A stretch of 61,181 nt of DNA from positions 4,278 to 65,458 of the forward strand of contig PAWM01000002.1 of the NCBI GenBank assembly GCA_002714185.1, given 5' to 3'. A model generated the notes under the pieces. It made no database searches, was not told the DNA's origin, and saw only the letters and a program-made list of their open reading frames with translations. Positions 1 to 10,791 of this stretch are shown in pieces; the stretch's first letter is position 1; each line of letters opens with the position of its first letter. Source of the stretch: Flavobacteriales bacterium (GTDB lineage: Bacteria; Bacteroidota; Bacteroidia; Flavobacteriales; TMED113). The position numbers were made by a program, and so were the translations under genes.

Positions 1-42
1 ATGTTGATTTACTATGTTTTAATTTAATTTAATTTTCATATT

Positions 43-951
43 ATGAGTTTATTAATTGTTGGTACAGTTGCTTTTGATGGAATAGAAACTCCATTTGGTA
101 AAGTTGATAAAATTCTAGGGGGATCTGCTACATATATTGGAATAGCAGCATCTTATTTTAACGAATCTTCTAATCTTATATCTGTTGTGGGTTGCGACTT
201 TCTACAAAAGGATATTGAATTATTAAAAAAACATAATATTAATTGTAATGGTTTAGAAATTATTAATAATGAAAAAACCTTTTTTTGGTCAGGAAAATAT
301 CATAATAATATGAATATTAGAGATACAATCGAAACACAATTAAATGTATTAGAAAAATTTAATCCCACTGTACCAAAAAATTATCAGGATTGTCGATACT
401 TAATGCTTGCTAACTTAATGCCGTCTCTTCAATTAAAAACTCTTGAACAATTAACAAATCGACCATTATTAACTGTCACTGACACTATGAATTATTGGAT
501 GGATAATTGTTTAGAGGATTTACATAAAGTAATACTGAAAACTGATGTATTAATTATTAATGACGAAGAAGCTATACAGTTGTCCGAAAAAAATAATCTC
601 AATGATGCAGCAAAAAAAATTTTAACAATGGGTCCTACTTATTTAATTATTAAAAAAGGAACAGACGGAGCAATGCTATTTAATAAAAATAATATGTTTG
701 AGTGCCCCTCCTTTACAGTTAGTAAATGCATTGACCCTACCGGTGCAGGCGATACTTTTGCAGGTGCTTTTATTGGGCATTTAAGCAATACTAATAATAT
801 CTCTTTTGAAAATATGAAAACTGGTATTATCAAAGCTTGTGCTATGGCTTCGTTTTGTGTTGAAGATTTTGGAGTCAATAATATTATTAATCAATCCGCT
901 GATACAATTAATGATAGAGTCGCTACTATCTCTAGAATTGCAGGAAAATAA
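43..951 (+). CDS. PfkB/ribokinase-family carbohydrate or nucleoside kinase
   Basis: GGSATY N-terminal motif, INDEEA, DPTGAGDTFAG C-terminal PfkB signature. Confidence 0.9.
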   Translation: MSLLIVGTVAFDGIETPFGKVDKILGGSATYIGIAASYFNESSNLISVVGCDFLQKDIELLKKHNINCNGLEIINNEKTFFWSGKYHNNMNIRDTIETQLNVLEKFNPTVPKNYQDCRYLMLANLMPSLQLKTLEQLTNRPLLTVTDTMNYWMDNCLEDLHKVILKTDVLIINDEEAIQLSEKNNLNDAAKKILTMGPTYLIIKKGTDGAMLFNKNNMFECPSFTVSKCIDPTGAGDTFAGAFIGHLSNTNNISFENMKTGIIKACAMASFCVEDFGVNNIINQSADTINDRVATISRIAGK

Positions 952-956
952 TTATT

Positions 957-1424
957 TTAATTTTTAGCATTTGTTAATTCATAACCTAAATCTACCTCCA
1001 ACTTATCTTTTTTCGATGCATCTACAGCTAAATAGTCACATCTCTCATTTTTTTCGTGACCAGCATGACCTTTGACCCACTTAAATTTTACATTATACTT
1101 CCTGTAAATCTTAAGAAATCTTTTCCATAAATCTATATTTTTCTTTTTTTTAAACTGTGTTCTTTCCCAGTTAAATACCCACTTTTTATTTATCGCATCT
1201 ACAACATATTTTGAGTCCGAATAGATTAGTATGTCATAGCCTGTATCCTTAATAGCTTCTAAGCCAATAATAACAGCTAATAATTCCATTCTATTATTTG
1301 TAGTAAATCTATAGCCTTGAGATAATTCTTTTGTATTGCCTTTATATTCTAAAATAACACCATATCCTCCTCTTCCAGGATTTCCACTAGCAGCTCCGTC
1401 TGTATAAATACTAATTTTATCCAT
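957..1424 (-). CDS. rnhA: Ribonuclease HI
   Basis: YTDGA-SGNPG-GG, TTNNRMEL, SDSKY, WVKGHAGH-NERCD. Confidence 0.97.
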   Translation of the reverse strand: MDKISIYTDGAASGNPGRGGYGVILEYKGNTKELSQGYRFTTNNRMELLAVIIGLEAIKDTGYDILIYSDSKYVVDAINKKWVFNWERTQFKKKKNIDLWKRFLKIYRKYNVKFKWVKGHAGHEKNERCDYLAVDASKKDKLEVDLGYELTNAKN

Positions 1425-1980
1425 CTAATAAATTATTAATAATCCTTGGAAAGAATTTAAGCTCTAATTTATGTACTTTTTTCTGAATATCTTTAGGGAG
1501 TATATTTTTATATAAGGAGCATTTCGCCTGAAATATGATTGCACCATTATCATAAATTGCATTAACATAATGTATAGTAATGCCTGATTCTAAATCTTTT
1601 GCCTCAGCAACTGCATTATGAACATGCATACCATACATACCCCTACCACCATACAACGGAAGTAGACTTGGATGAATATTTATGATTTTATTAGGAAATC
1701 TATTTATAATTTTAATAGGTATTTTTAATAAAAATCCGGCTAAAATAATAAACGTAATTTTTTTTTCATTTAACTTTTCTAGTACTCTATTAGCTAATAA
1801 GTCTTTTTTATTAAATAAAAATGTCTCTACATCATATTTGCTGGCTTTTTTTAAGACCTTAGCATTTGGACAATTACATGCAATTAATGCTATTTTTACT
1901 TTTTTGCTATTATAAAAAAATTTAATAATATTTTCTGCATTTGAACCTCCTCCAGACGCAAATATGGCTATCTTATTCAT
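1417..1980 (-). CDS. purN: Phosphoribosylglycinamide formyltransferase
   Basis: ASGGGSNA, LAGF, INIHPSLLP, SGITIHYV, YDNG. Confidence 0.95.
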   Translation of the reverse strand: MNKIAIFASGGGSNAENIIKFFYNSKKVKIALIACNCPNAKVLKKASKYDVETFLFNKKDLLANRVLEKLNEKKITFIILAGFLLKIPIKIINRFPNKIINIHPSLLPLYGGRGMYGMHVHNAVAEAKDLESGITIHYVNAIYDNGAIIFQAKCSLYKNILPKDIQKKVHKLELKFFPRIINNLLDG

Positions 1981-2106
1981 TTCTATAAATACTTAAAATG
2001 TTGAAAACCCTGTAAATAAAGCTAGTGTTTTATTTAATTTATCAACAAATAAATTATATATATTTACCACTAAAGAAACAAATTAATAAATTTAAAACAG
2101 ATAATT

Positions 2107-2340
2107 ATGTCAGAAATATCATCAAAAGTAAAAGCAATTATAGTAGACAAGTTAGTAATCGACGAAAGTGAAGTTACTAATGATTCTAATTTTATGTCTG
2201 ATTTAGGCGCAGATTCACTTGATACTGTAGAATTAATTATGGAATTTGAAAAAGAATTTGATATGCAAATACCTGATGACGAAGCAGAAAAAATTACGAC
2301 AGTAGGTGAAGCTATAAAGTATATAGAAACAAATGCCTAA
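2107..2340 (+). CDS. acpP: Acyl carrier protein
   Basis: [20 protein letters not shown]. Confidence 0.98.
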   Translation: MSEISSKVKAIIVDKLVIDESEVTNDSNFMSDLGADSLDTVELIMEFEKEFDMQIPDDEAEKITTVGEAIKYIETNA

Positions 2341-2342
2341 AA

Positions 2343-3596
2343 ATGGAACTTAACAGAGTTGTTATTACTGGTTTAGGATCTCTAACTCCTATTGGAAACA
2401 ATATTACTGAATATTGGAATGGTTTAGTTGCTGGAAAAAGTGGAGCTAATGCTATTACACATTTTAATGCTGAAAAATTTAAAACACAATTTGCTTGTGA
2501 GATAAAAAATTTTGATCCGAATAAATATTTTGATCGTAAGGAATTAAGAAAATACGATGACTATACTATGTATGGAATGGTCGCCGCTGAAGAAGCTATT
2601 AATGATTCCCAGATTAATTTAACAACTGTTGACAAAAATCAGGTTGGGGTTATTTGGGGCTCAGGTATTGGTGGTATTAAAACTTTTTCTCACGAAGTCA
2701 GTGAATTTGTTAAAGGTGATGGGACTCCTCGTTTTAACCCATTTTTTATACCAAAAATGATTGCAGATATTGCTGCAGGAATTATGTCAATTAAATATGG
2801 TTTTAAAGGTCCTAATTTTGCAACTGTTTCAGCATGTGCATCCTCTAGTCACTCTATTATTGATGCCTTTAATTACATCCGCTTAGGGAAGGCAAATATA
2901 TTTTTATGTGGTGGCTCTGAGGCTTCTATTCATGAAGCTGGAGTTGGTGGATTTAATGCACTAAAAGCTCTTTCAACAAATAATAATAATCCTACTCAGG
3001 CATCAAGACCATTTGATATTGATAGAGACGGATTTGTTCTGGGAGAGGGTGCTGGTGCTTTAATTTTAGAAAATTATAATCATGCTATAAAACGAAATGC
3101 TAAAATATATGCTGAAGTTATTGGAGCTGGAATGTCTGCTGATGCACATCATATAACCGCACCACATCCTGAAGGACAAGGTGCATTATTGGTTATGCAA
3201 AATGCATTAAAAGATGCAAAGATTCATTCAAAATACATAGATTATATTAATGTCCATGGCACCTCAACACCATTAGGAGATATTTCTGAAATGAAAGCAA
3301 TTCAAAATATTTTTAAAGAAAATATTTATGATTTAAATATTAGCTCTACTAAATCGATGACTGGACATTTACTAGGTGCAGCTGGTGCCGTAGAAAGTAT
3401 AGCATGTATATTATCTCTCTGCAGAGATATTATTCCTCCAACAATTAATTTAGAAAATTTAGATCCTCAATTAGATAGCAAAATTAATTACACTGCTAAA
3501 ATTGCACAAAAAAGAAAAATAAATTATGCTTTATGCAACACATTTGGGTTTGGAGGACATAATGCCTCAATAATATTTAAAAGCTATAAAAATTAA
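2343..3596 (+). CDS. fabF: 3-oxoacyl-ACP synthase II
   Basis: RVVITGLG, SACASS catalytic Cys, HGTST, GHLLGAAG, FGFGGHN; follows acpP. Confidence 0.97.
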   Translation: MELNRVVITGLGSLTPIGNNITEYWNGLVAGKSGANAITHFNAEKFKTQFACEIKNFDPNKYFDRKELRKYDDYTMYGMVAAEEAINDSQINLTTVDKNQVGVIWGSGIGGIKTFSHEVSEFVKGDGTPRFNPFFIPKMIADIAAGIMSIKYGFKGPNFATVSACASSSHSIIDAFNYIRLGKANIFLCGGSEASIHEAGVGGFNALKALSTNNNNPTQASRPFDIDRDGFVLGEGAGALILENYNHAIKRNAKIYAEVIGAGMSADAHHITAPHPEGQGALLVMQNALKDAKIHSKYIDYINVHGTSTPLGDISEMKAIQNIFKENIYDLNISSTKSMTGHLLGAAGAVESIACILSLCRDIIPPTINLENLDPQLDSKINYTAKIAQKRKINYALCNTFGFGGHNASIIFKSYKN

Positions 3597-4072
3597 TGAA
3601 GCGAAATTTGAAATTTGAAATTAACTATGATATTAATTATACTCTTATTGGGCTTAGATCAAAAACAGAAGATTACCAATTTGCATATTCATTAAATAAA
3701 TCATCTTTTTTCTTATTTTATCGTTTAAACAAGGATATTAGTTACATTATTAATAAAAAAAAAATTTATTTCTCCGTATATAAAGACTGGAATGAAATAC
3801 TGAAAAGACAAAGTTTTTTAATTAGTAATAAATCTTTTTACATCTCTGATTTAGATTCTACTGGAAATCTTTTTGATCAAAATACAATTGCTAACACTGC
3901 TTTTCTTATACCTGAATTAAAAGAATTTGATTATTTTATAAAACTAATTGGAATATGGAAAGAGGAAGAAATTTCAATTTTAAAAAGTTACTTAAATAAT
4001 ATGAAAACTGTAGAACTAGAGACAACCATCCAGTTAAAATTAATAAAATCAATAAATAATTTAGTTTTTTAA
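3596..4072 (+). CDS. IPExxxVDY family protein (unknown function)
   Basis: FLIPELKEFDYFIK motif and position upstream of pyk as in Flavobacteriales. Confidence 0.8.
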   Translation: MKRNLKFEINYDINYTLIGLRSKTEDYQFAYSLNKSSFFLFYRLNKDISYIINKKKIYFSVYKDWNEILKRQSFLISNKSFYISDLDSTGNLFDQNTIANTAFLIPELKEFDYFIKLIGIWKEEEISILKSYLNNMKTVELETTIQLKLIKSINNLVF

Positions 4073-4076
4073 AATT

Positions 4077-5513
4077 ATGATTGAAAGAAAATACAAACTT
4101 AAACGAACTAAAATTGTTGCTACAATTGGACCGGCTTCTTTAACTAAGAAAAAAATCAGAAAAATGATTCTAGCGGGAATGAATATTTGTAGAATCAATT
4201 TTTCACACTGCAATCATAATGATGCAAAAAAAATAATTTTAACTATTAATGAATTAAATATAGAGCTCAATTCACATGTTGCAATCTTAGGTGATTTACA
4301 GGGTCCCAAATTAAGAATTGGAGAAGTTACACAAAAAACAACTTTAAAAAAAAATGATTTAATAACTATTCAAGAGGGTCAAAATCCATCAAATAAAGAA
4401 AGTCTTTTTATTAATTATGTTAACATTATCAAAGATATTAAGGTAGGTGATAAAATACTATTAGATGACGGTAAAATAATATTAAAAGCACAAAATTCTG
4501 ATAATGCGAAAATTCATTGTGTTGTTGTGCAGGGAGGTGAATTAAAAGAAAATAAAGGTGTTAATTTACCTAACACAAAAATATCAATCCCAACAATTAC
4601 TAAAAAAGATTATACTGATGTTCTTTTTTGTATAAAAAATAACATAGAATGGTTAGCATTATCATTTGTTAGATCAGCTAAAGACATTATAAACTTAAAA
4701 AAAATTATTTCTGACCACAATGGAAATTTAAAGGTAATTGCAAAAATTGAAAAACCTGAAGCAATTAAAAATTTAAAATCTATTATTTTAAATTCGGATG
4801 CCCTAATGGTTGCTAGAGGTGATCTGGGAGTAGAAGTGCCTACACAAAAAGTACCTGTACTGCAAAAAAAGATTGTACGTGCATCCAGAAAAAAAGCTAA
4901 GCCAGTTATTATTGCAACACAAGTTATGGATAGTATGATTAATAATTTATCTCCAACTAGAGCTGAAACAAATGATGCTGCAAATGCAGTTTTTGACGGA
5001 GCTGATGCCTTGATGTTGTCCGGAGAAACCTCGGTCGGAAAATATCCAATAAGAGTAATTAGAATAATATCTAAAATTATTTTAGATGTAGAAGCATCTG
5101 ATGAAAGAAAACATTTTAATAAATTTCTTCCTTATAAATCTAATAAAAGATATGTCTCCGATTCCATCTGTTACCAAGCATCTGAAATTGCAAATCAGGT
5201 TGAAGCAAAAGCAATATTAGCATTTACAGCATCGGGATATAATGCTCAAAAAATATCTTCAAATAGACCAAATGCTCATATATGTGTATTTACACATAAT
5301 AGAAAACTTTTAAACACATTAAGTTTACTTTGGGGAGTCCTTGGTTTTTATTATAATAAATTTGATAGTACTGATAATACTATTCAAGAAACCCAAAATA
5401 TTTTAATAAATGAAAATATCATAAAGTCTGGTGATTTTGTTGTCAATATTGCAAGTATGCCAATAAAAGAAAAGGGAATGACTAATATGCTTAAGTTAGA
5501 GAAAATAAAATGA
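4077..5513 (+). CDS. pyk: Pyruvate kinase
   Basis: TKIVATIGPAS, RINFSH, DLQGPKLR, MVARGDLGVE, MLSGETSVG. Confidence 0.98.
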   Translation: MIERKYKLKRTKIVATIGPASLTKKKIRKMILAGMNICRINFSHCNHNDAKKIILTINELNIELNSHVAILGDLQGPKLRIGEVTQKTTLKKNDLITIQEGQNPSNKESLFINYVNIIKDIKVGDKILLDDGKIILKAQNSDNAKIHCVVVQGGELKENKGVNLPNTKISIPTITKKDYTDVLFCIKNNIEWLALSFVRSAKDIINLKKIISDHNGNLKVIAKIEKPEAIKNLKSIILNSDALMVARGDLGVEVPTQKVPVLQKKIVRASRKKAKPVIIATQVMDSMINNLSPTRAETNDAANAVFDGADALMLSGETSVGKYPIRVIRIISKIILDVEASDERKHFNKFLPYKSNKRYVSDSICYQASEIANQVEAKAILAFTASGYNAQKISSNRPNAHICVFTHNRKLLNTLSLLWGVLGFYYNKFDSTDNTIQETQNILINENIIKSGDFVVNIASMPIKEKGMTNMLKLEKIK

Positions 5514-5515
5514 AG

Positions 5516-6532
5516 CTAATGTATTTGGTTGAATTGTTTTAAAAATCTTATGTCATTCTCATAAAATAATCTTAAATCATCAACTTGATGTAAAAGCATA
5601 GTAATTCTTTCAATTCCTAGTCCAAATGCAAATCCAGAAAATTTTGTAGCATCTATATTCACATTTTCTAAGACATTTGGATCCACCATGCCACAACCCA
5701 TTATTTCTAACCATCCTGTTCCCTTGGTAATTCTATAATCGGCTTCTGAATTTAAACCCCAATAAATATCAACCTCAGCACTTGGTTCAGTAAAAGGAAA
5801 AAAAGATGGTCTAAATCTTATTTTAACATCTTTACCAAACAGATTATGCACAAAATACATAATCATTTTTTTTAAATCAGAAAAATTCACGTCACTATCT
5901 ATATATAGGCCCTCAATCTGATGAAAGATGCAATGTGCACGAGCAGAAATATCTTCCTTTCTATATACTCTTCCTGGGGATATTATTCTTATCGGAGGTG
6001 GATTGTTTTCCATATATCTAATCTGAACTGAGGAAGTATGAGTCCTCAATAATGTATCTGGATTAAGAGTAATAAAAAATGTGTCTTGCATATCTCTTGC
6101 GGGGTGATGTTCAGGCATATTTAATGCAGAAAAATTATGCCAGTCATCCTCTATCTCTGGGCCGTCAGAAATCACAAATCCAACTTTATTGAAAATTTCA
6201 ATAATACGATTTTGAACTTTGGAAAGCGGGTGTTCCGCACCTATACCACTATAAATAGCTGGCATAGTTAAATCTAAATTTTCCTTCTTTGTTATTCTTT
6301 CTTCATTTGAAGAAAGAGTGTTTGCTTTATTAATTACAAGTTGTTTTAATTGATTTAATAATTTACCTGTAATTTTTTTTTCTTCATTAGGCAAGCTTTT
6401 AAATTGATTAAATAAATTATTTAGAATTCCGTTTTTACTTAAAAATGTATTTTTAAAATGAGTATATTCTTCTTTATTTTTAATAGATAATTTATTTATA
6501 TCATTTATATATTTATTTATTTTTTCTTGCAT
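5516..6532 (-). CDS. pheS: Phenylalanine--tRNA ligase alpha subunit
   Basis: HPARDMQDTF, LRTHTS, FHQIEG, FPFTEPS, GFAFGLG. Confidence 0.98.
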   Translation of the reverse strand: MQEKINKYINDINKLSIKNKEEYTHFKNTFLSKNGILNNLFNQFKSLPNEEKKITGKLLNQLKQLVINKANTLSSNEERITKKENLDLTMPAIYSGIGAEHPLSKVQNRIIEIFNKVGFVISDGPEIEDDWHNFSALNMPEHHPARDMQDTFFITLNPDTLLRTHTSSVQIRYMENNPPPIRIISPGRVYRKEDISARAHCIFHQIEGLYIDSDVNFSDLKKMIMYFVHNLFGKDVKIRFRPSFFPFTEPSAEVDIYWGLNSEADYRITKGTGWLEIMGCGMVDPNVLENVNIDATKFSGFAFGLGIERITMLLHQVDDLRLFYENDIRFLKQFNQIH

Positions 6533-6586
6533 TTATGACTATATTTATGTTACATCTAATTTACACGATATTAAATAATTGTTCAC

Positions 6587-6973
6587 ATGATTAAACAAAA
6601 ATTATATAAAATTATATTATTATTTGTAGCATTTTCATTAACTCAATGCTATACAGATCCTTTCTTTACTTTAACTGTTGAAATCGTAGACCAAAATCTA
6701 AATCCAGTAGAAAATGTTAATATTGTTATTGAAGCAACAGATGTTGACAATGGAACAACTATTGACGGGTCAATTATTTTCTTTGAAGGAATAACAAATA
6801 ATCAAGGTGTAGTAGAATTTGATTTTGAAAATAAAGCTTTTGTAAGTGCACGTGCATGTATTACTTTAAATGATATCAATATGTGTAAAGAGGGTCATAT
6901 CTATTTAGAGGCAAACACAAATAAAAACTTAACTTTAATGATTGATGAAGGAGATTGTATATATTGTTATTAA
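6587..6973 (+). CDS. Hypothetical lipoprotein (small beta-rich domain)
   Basis: Signal peptide ending in Cys (LTQC); fills the gap between pheS and the next gene; no family recognised. Confidence 0.6.
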   Translation: MIKQKLYKIILLFVAFSLTQCYTDPFFTLTVEIVDQNLNPVENVNIVIEATDVDNGTTIDGSIIFFEGITNNQGVVEFDFENKAFVSARACITLNDINMCKEGHIYLEANTNKNLTLMIDEGDCIYCY

Positions 6974-7332
6974 AACTTAATTCCTGATTCAGTAAAGTAT
7001 ATAATAGCTGCTTCCTTCATTAATATAGTTTGTTCTCCTGGTTTAAGAGGGGGTAGTTCTGTGTTAGTTTTCCAATGTGGCCATCCTTCTTCATCTTTAC
7101 CTTTATACTCATAAAATCCATAATTGCTTAACAACTTACAAATTGCAATATGTAATAGATTCATTTTTTCATCTTTAGTGAATTCTCTATATCCTTGGCC
7201 AAGTTCATTTACACCAATTAAAAATAGAATAGCTTGTAAATCTAAATTCTCGCCACCTCCAAACTTTTTACTTATAAAATGAACAAGTGCTTCCCATTTC
7301 TTTTTATTAAATTCTAATTTATTTCTTTGCAT
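6970..7332 (-). CDS. Conserved hypothetical protein
   Basis: FLIGVNELGQG...KDEKMNLLHIAICKLL...GWPHW resembles a conserved Bacteroidota hypothetical family; ATG at 7332 preferred over the ORF-track start. Confidence 0.75.
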   Translation of the reverse strand: MQRNKLEFNKKKWEALVHFISKKFGGGENLDLQAILFLIGVNELGQGYREFTKDEKMNLLHIAICKLLSNYGFYEYKGKDEEGWPHWKTNTELPPLKPGEQTILMKEAAIIYFTESGIKF

Positions 7333-7333
7333 T

Positions 7334-8515
7334 TTAGATGTCAATTTTTAGTGATTTCATATTTAATATTCCTGGCAAATTACTGTCTCTAAAAAAATCA
7401 AGCATCGCACCTCCTCCAGTCGATATATAACTAAAATTATTTTTCATTTCTAATTTCGCAATATCAGACACTGTATCTCCCCCTCCAACAATACTATATG
7501 CATTATGAGCAGTTGCTTGTGTAATAGATTCTGCTATTTTTCTTGTTCCAAAAGAAAAAAGATCAATTTCTGACACACCCATTGGTCCATTCCACATAAT
7601 TAATTTTGAGGCTTTTATGGTTTCTGAAAATAATCTTATTGTATCTTTTCCAATATCAACTCCCATATATGAATCTGGTATGTTGTTAATGTAAATATTT
7701 TTACAATCTACACTATTCTCTAAATCATTAGTCGCTATACAATCAGTTGGTAAAATTATTTTTGTTTTACTTTGCTGTGCTCTATCCAAAAAAGATTTTA
7801 CTACGCCTAATTCACTTTCTTTATAAATTGAATCACCTATACTTCCCCCTAAAAACTTGATAAATGGGAAAGCCATCCCTCCGCCTATCAATATATTATC
7901 AGCTTTATTTAAAAATGTTTTTAATAGGTGTATTTTTGATCCGATTTTTGATCCCCCTACAATAATTGTAAATGGTCTCTTGTTATTTTGATTTAGTTGT
8001 GATAATTCATCTAATTCTTTCTTTACTAGTAAGCCTTTAAATTTCTTATTTAAAAAAAAATTACCGATTGCAGATACTGATGCATGATGTCTATGGGAAA
8101 CACCAAATGCATCATTTACATATATATCTCCGTATTTAGACAGTAACTCAGCAAACTGTACATTATTTTCCTTTTCACCAGAATAAAACCGTAAATTTTC
8201 TAAAAGAAATATCTGATTTTTATTTTTACTCAATAAATTTCTAACATTACCATTTATATCTTTAACAAATTTTACCTTTTTTGTTAATAATTTTTCAATT
8301 GATGGTATTATTTGCTTTAATGAATATTTAGATTCTTGCTTTAAGGGCCTGCCCAAATGAGACATTAAAAAAACATTCATCTTTTTATCTAAAAAATACT
8401 TGATGGTTGGGATAGCAGACTCTATTCTAGTTAAATCTATTACTTTACCTTGCTTTATTGGCACATTAAAATCTACCCTAATCAATACTTTATTCACGGA
8501 TTTAAAATTAATCAT
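7334..8515 (-). CDS. pgk: Phosphoglycerate kinase
   Basis: RVDFNVP, SHLGRP, LENLRF, NDAFG-SHR, WNGPMG, GGGDT, STGGGA. Confidence 0.98.
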   Translation of the reverse strand: MINFKSVNKVLIRVDFNVPIKQGKVIDLTRIESAIPTIKYFLDKKMNVFLMSHLGRPLKQESKYSLKQIIPSIEKLLTKKVKFVKDINGNVRNLLSKNKNQIFLLENLRFYSGEKENNVQFAELLSKYGDIYVNDAFGVSHRHHASVSAIGNFFLNKKFKGLLVKKELDELSQLNQNNKRPFTIIVGGSKIGSKIHLLKTFLNKADNILIGGGMAFPFIKFLGGSIGDSIYKESELGVVKSFLDRAQQSKTKIILPTDCIATNDLENSVDCKNIYINNIPDSYMGVDIGKDTIRLFSETIKASKLIMWNGPMGVSEIDLFSFGTRKIAESITQATAHNAYSIVGGGDTVSDIAKLEMKNNFSYISTGGGAMLDFFRDSNLPGILNMKSLKIDI

Positions 8516-8540
8516 TACTATATTAAAAAATTAAATAACT

Positions 8541-8548
8541 CAAAGATA
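8541..8548 (-). promoter_or_regulatory. Bacteroidota -7 promoter element (TATCTTTG) for pgk
   Basis: CAAAGATA on + is TAnnTTTG on -, about 25 bp upstream of the pgk ATG. Confidence 0.5.
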
Positions 8549-8575
8549 ACTAAATCTATTTTGTAAATTTAATTC

Positions 8576-9766
8576 ATGTATTTTAATAATGTATTAGGAA
8601 ATGAACTAGTAAAAAAATTACTCCTTGCAGAATTCCATTCTAACAGAGTTCCACATGCACAATTATTTTTTGGAGAAGATGCAAGTCAACAATTACCAAT
8701 GGCATTAGCTTTCTCTTCATTTATTTTTTGTAAAAAAAGGAGCTCTAGCGATGCCTGTGGACAATGTTCAAGTTGTGTTAAAATGTCCAAACTTATTCAC
8801 CCCGACTTACACTTTTTTTATCCAACTATTAAAATACAGAAGGGTGAAGAAAAAAAATCTGAAAGCAAAAAATATTTCCCAAAATTACAAGAAACTCTTC
8901 TTGAAAATCCCGCAGTCAACATAAATAAGTGGGAAACTAATTTGCATTCAACAAAAAAAGCAAGCATTCGATCAGCTGATTTAGTAAAAATGTGTGACAT
9001 TGCGAATCTAAAATCATATGAGGGAGAATATAAAATTTTTATTATATGGGGAGCTGATAAAATTATTCAAAAATCTATTTCAATATTGCTAAAAACACTT
9101 GAAGAGCCTCGAGCAAAAACTGTATTTATATTAATTGCAAATAATCCAAATCTAATCCTACCTACTATAACATCAAGACTCCAAGTTAAAAGGTTTGAAA
9201 AAATTAATAAAGATATTCTCACCGAATACTTTGAAAAAAAATTCCCACACATCGAAAAAAACAAAATTACATCTGAAATTAATAATTACAAAAACAATTA
9301 TTATGACATATTAGATCAATTAAAAGAAAATAACAATGATGACAGTGTTATTTCTGAATTCATTAATTGGATTAGATTGTGTTTTTTATGTGTTAATCAA
9401 AAATCTAAATGTATGAATCCTAAAACTAACGAAATTGAATCTGTGATGATACAATTAATTAGTTGGTGTAATATGATGGCTGATTGTGATAAGAATTTTC
9501 AAAATCAACTAATTAATAAAGCTATTGAAGTTATAAGAGAGGCTTTTCTATTGAATTATGATTTACAAACATTAATTTGTAAAAAAACTAAGCATCCAAA
9601 TTTTAGCATTCATTTATTTTCTAAATATATTCAGCATAATAACATAGCTGAAATACTTTCTTTATTAAGTAATGCCAACTATTGTTTAGATAGATATGCT
9701 AATTCAAAAATATTATTTTTAGATTTATCATTTAATCTAGGAAAGTTGTTGAATAAAAACAAATAA
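8576..9766 (+). CDS. holB: DNA polymerase III delta-prime subunit
   Basis: PHAQLF, Zn motif C..DACGQCSSC, HPDLH, LLKTLEEP, ILPTITSR. Confidence 0.88.
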   Translation: MYFNNVLGNELVKKLLLAEFHSNRVPHAQLFFGEDASQQLPMALAFSSFIFCKKRSSSDACGQCSSCVKMSKLIHPDLHFFYPTIKIQKGEEKKSESKKYFPKLQETLLENPAVNINKWETNLHSTKKASIRSADLVKMCDIANLKSYEGEYKIFIIWGADKIIQKSISILLKTLEEPRAKTVFILIANNPNLILPTITSRLQVKRFEKINKDILTEYFEKKFPHIEKNKITSEINNYKNNYYDILDQLKENNNDDSVISEFINWIRLCFLCVNQKSKCMNPKTNEIESVMIQLISWCNMMADCDKNFQNQLINKAIEVIREAFLLNYDLQTLICKKTKHPNFSIHLFSKYIQHNNIAEILSLLSNANYCLDRYANSKILFLDLSFNLGKLLNKNK

Positions 9767-9767
9767 A

Positions 9768-10778
9768 ATGGGTTGCACCAACTGTAATACGATCGTAAAG
9801 AAAAAATCTGGATGTAAAAATAGTAACAATTGCAGTCGATGTAATAAATTCACTGTTTTTGACTGGTTAAATAATATACAAAGTCCATCACAAAAAACTA
9901 AATGTAAAATAATTGAAGTATCATTTAAAAATGGGCGAAAAAAATACTATTCAAATCACAAAGAATTAAATATAAAAATTGGAGATCCAATTGTAGTGAA
10001 ATGCGATGTTGGATATGATATTGGTCTTATCTCTTTAAAAGGTGAGCTAGTAAAAATTCAACTAAAAAGAAAAAATATTAATCCTGATCAAATTATAGAA
10101 ATAATTCGACATCCTTTCCAAGGAGAATTAGACTTGTGGCATACAGCAATCAAACTAGAAAAAGATACTTTGTTACAAGCAAGAAAAATTGTTAAAAATC
10201 TTCAATTAAATATGAAAATTACTGATGTTGAATATCAAGCTGATAAAAAAAGAGCAATATTTTATTACTTAGCTGATGAACGAGTTGATTTTAGAGAGCT
10301 TATAAAAGTTATTAATAAAGAACTGAATGTCAAAAGTTTATTGAAACAGGTTGGAGCTAGACAAGAATCTGCAATTATAGGTGGTATAGGTTCTTGTGGA
10401 CGAGAACTTTGCTGCTCTTCTTGGTTAACTGATACCCGCAGTGTGAGTATTTCTGCTGCAAGATATCAGAAACTTTCGTTGAATCCACAAAAATTGACAG
10501 GACAATGTGGAAAATTAAAGTGCTGTCTAAATTATGAACTTGAAAATTATATGGAAGCATTGAAAGAATTCCCAAATACGAAAATCTTAATCGAAACAAA
10601 AAAGGGAAAAGCTAGTGTTCAAAAAATAGATATTTTCAAAAAAAAGATATGGTATAGTTATATAGAAAATAGTCATGACTGGTTTCAATTATCATTAAAA
10701 AATGTTAATAAAATGATTACGTTAAATAAACAAGGAAAAAAAGATTTTATACTTGAAAATTTTATAAAAACAATCTAG
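9768..10778 (+). CDS. PSP1-domain / RicT (YaaT)-like Fe-S protein
   Basis: RVDFRELIK, QVGARQE, GSCGRELCCS, GQCGKLKCCLNYE. Confidence 0.9.
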   Translation: MGCTNCNTIVKKKSGCKNSNNCSRCNKFTVFDWLNNIQSPSQKTKCKIIEVSFKNGRKKYYSNHKELNIKIGDPIVVKCDVGYDIGLISLKGELVKIQLKRKNINPDQIIEIIRHPFQGELDLWHTAIKLEKDTLLQARKIVKNLQLNMKITDVEYQADKKRAIFYYLADERVDFRELIKVINKELNVKSLLKQVGARQESAIIGGIGSCGRELCCSSWLTDTRSVSISAARYQKLSLNPQKLTGQCGKLKCCLNYELENYMEALKEFPNTKILIETKKGKASVQKIDIFKKKIWYSYIENSHDWFQLSLKNVNKMITLNKQGKKDFILENFIKTI

Positions 10779-10791
10779 GTAAATAATTATT

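Noticed and set aside
8576-8720. Degenerate Walker A in HolB
   Set aside because: Delta-prime subunits are normally ATPase-inactive
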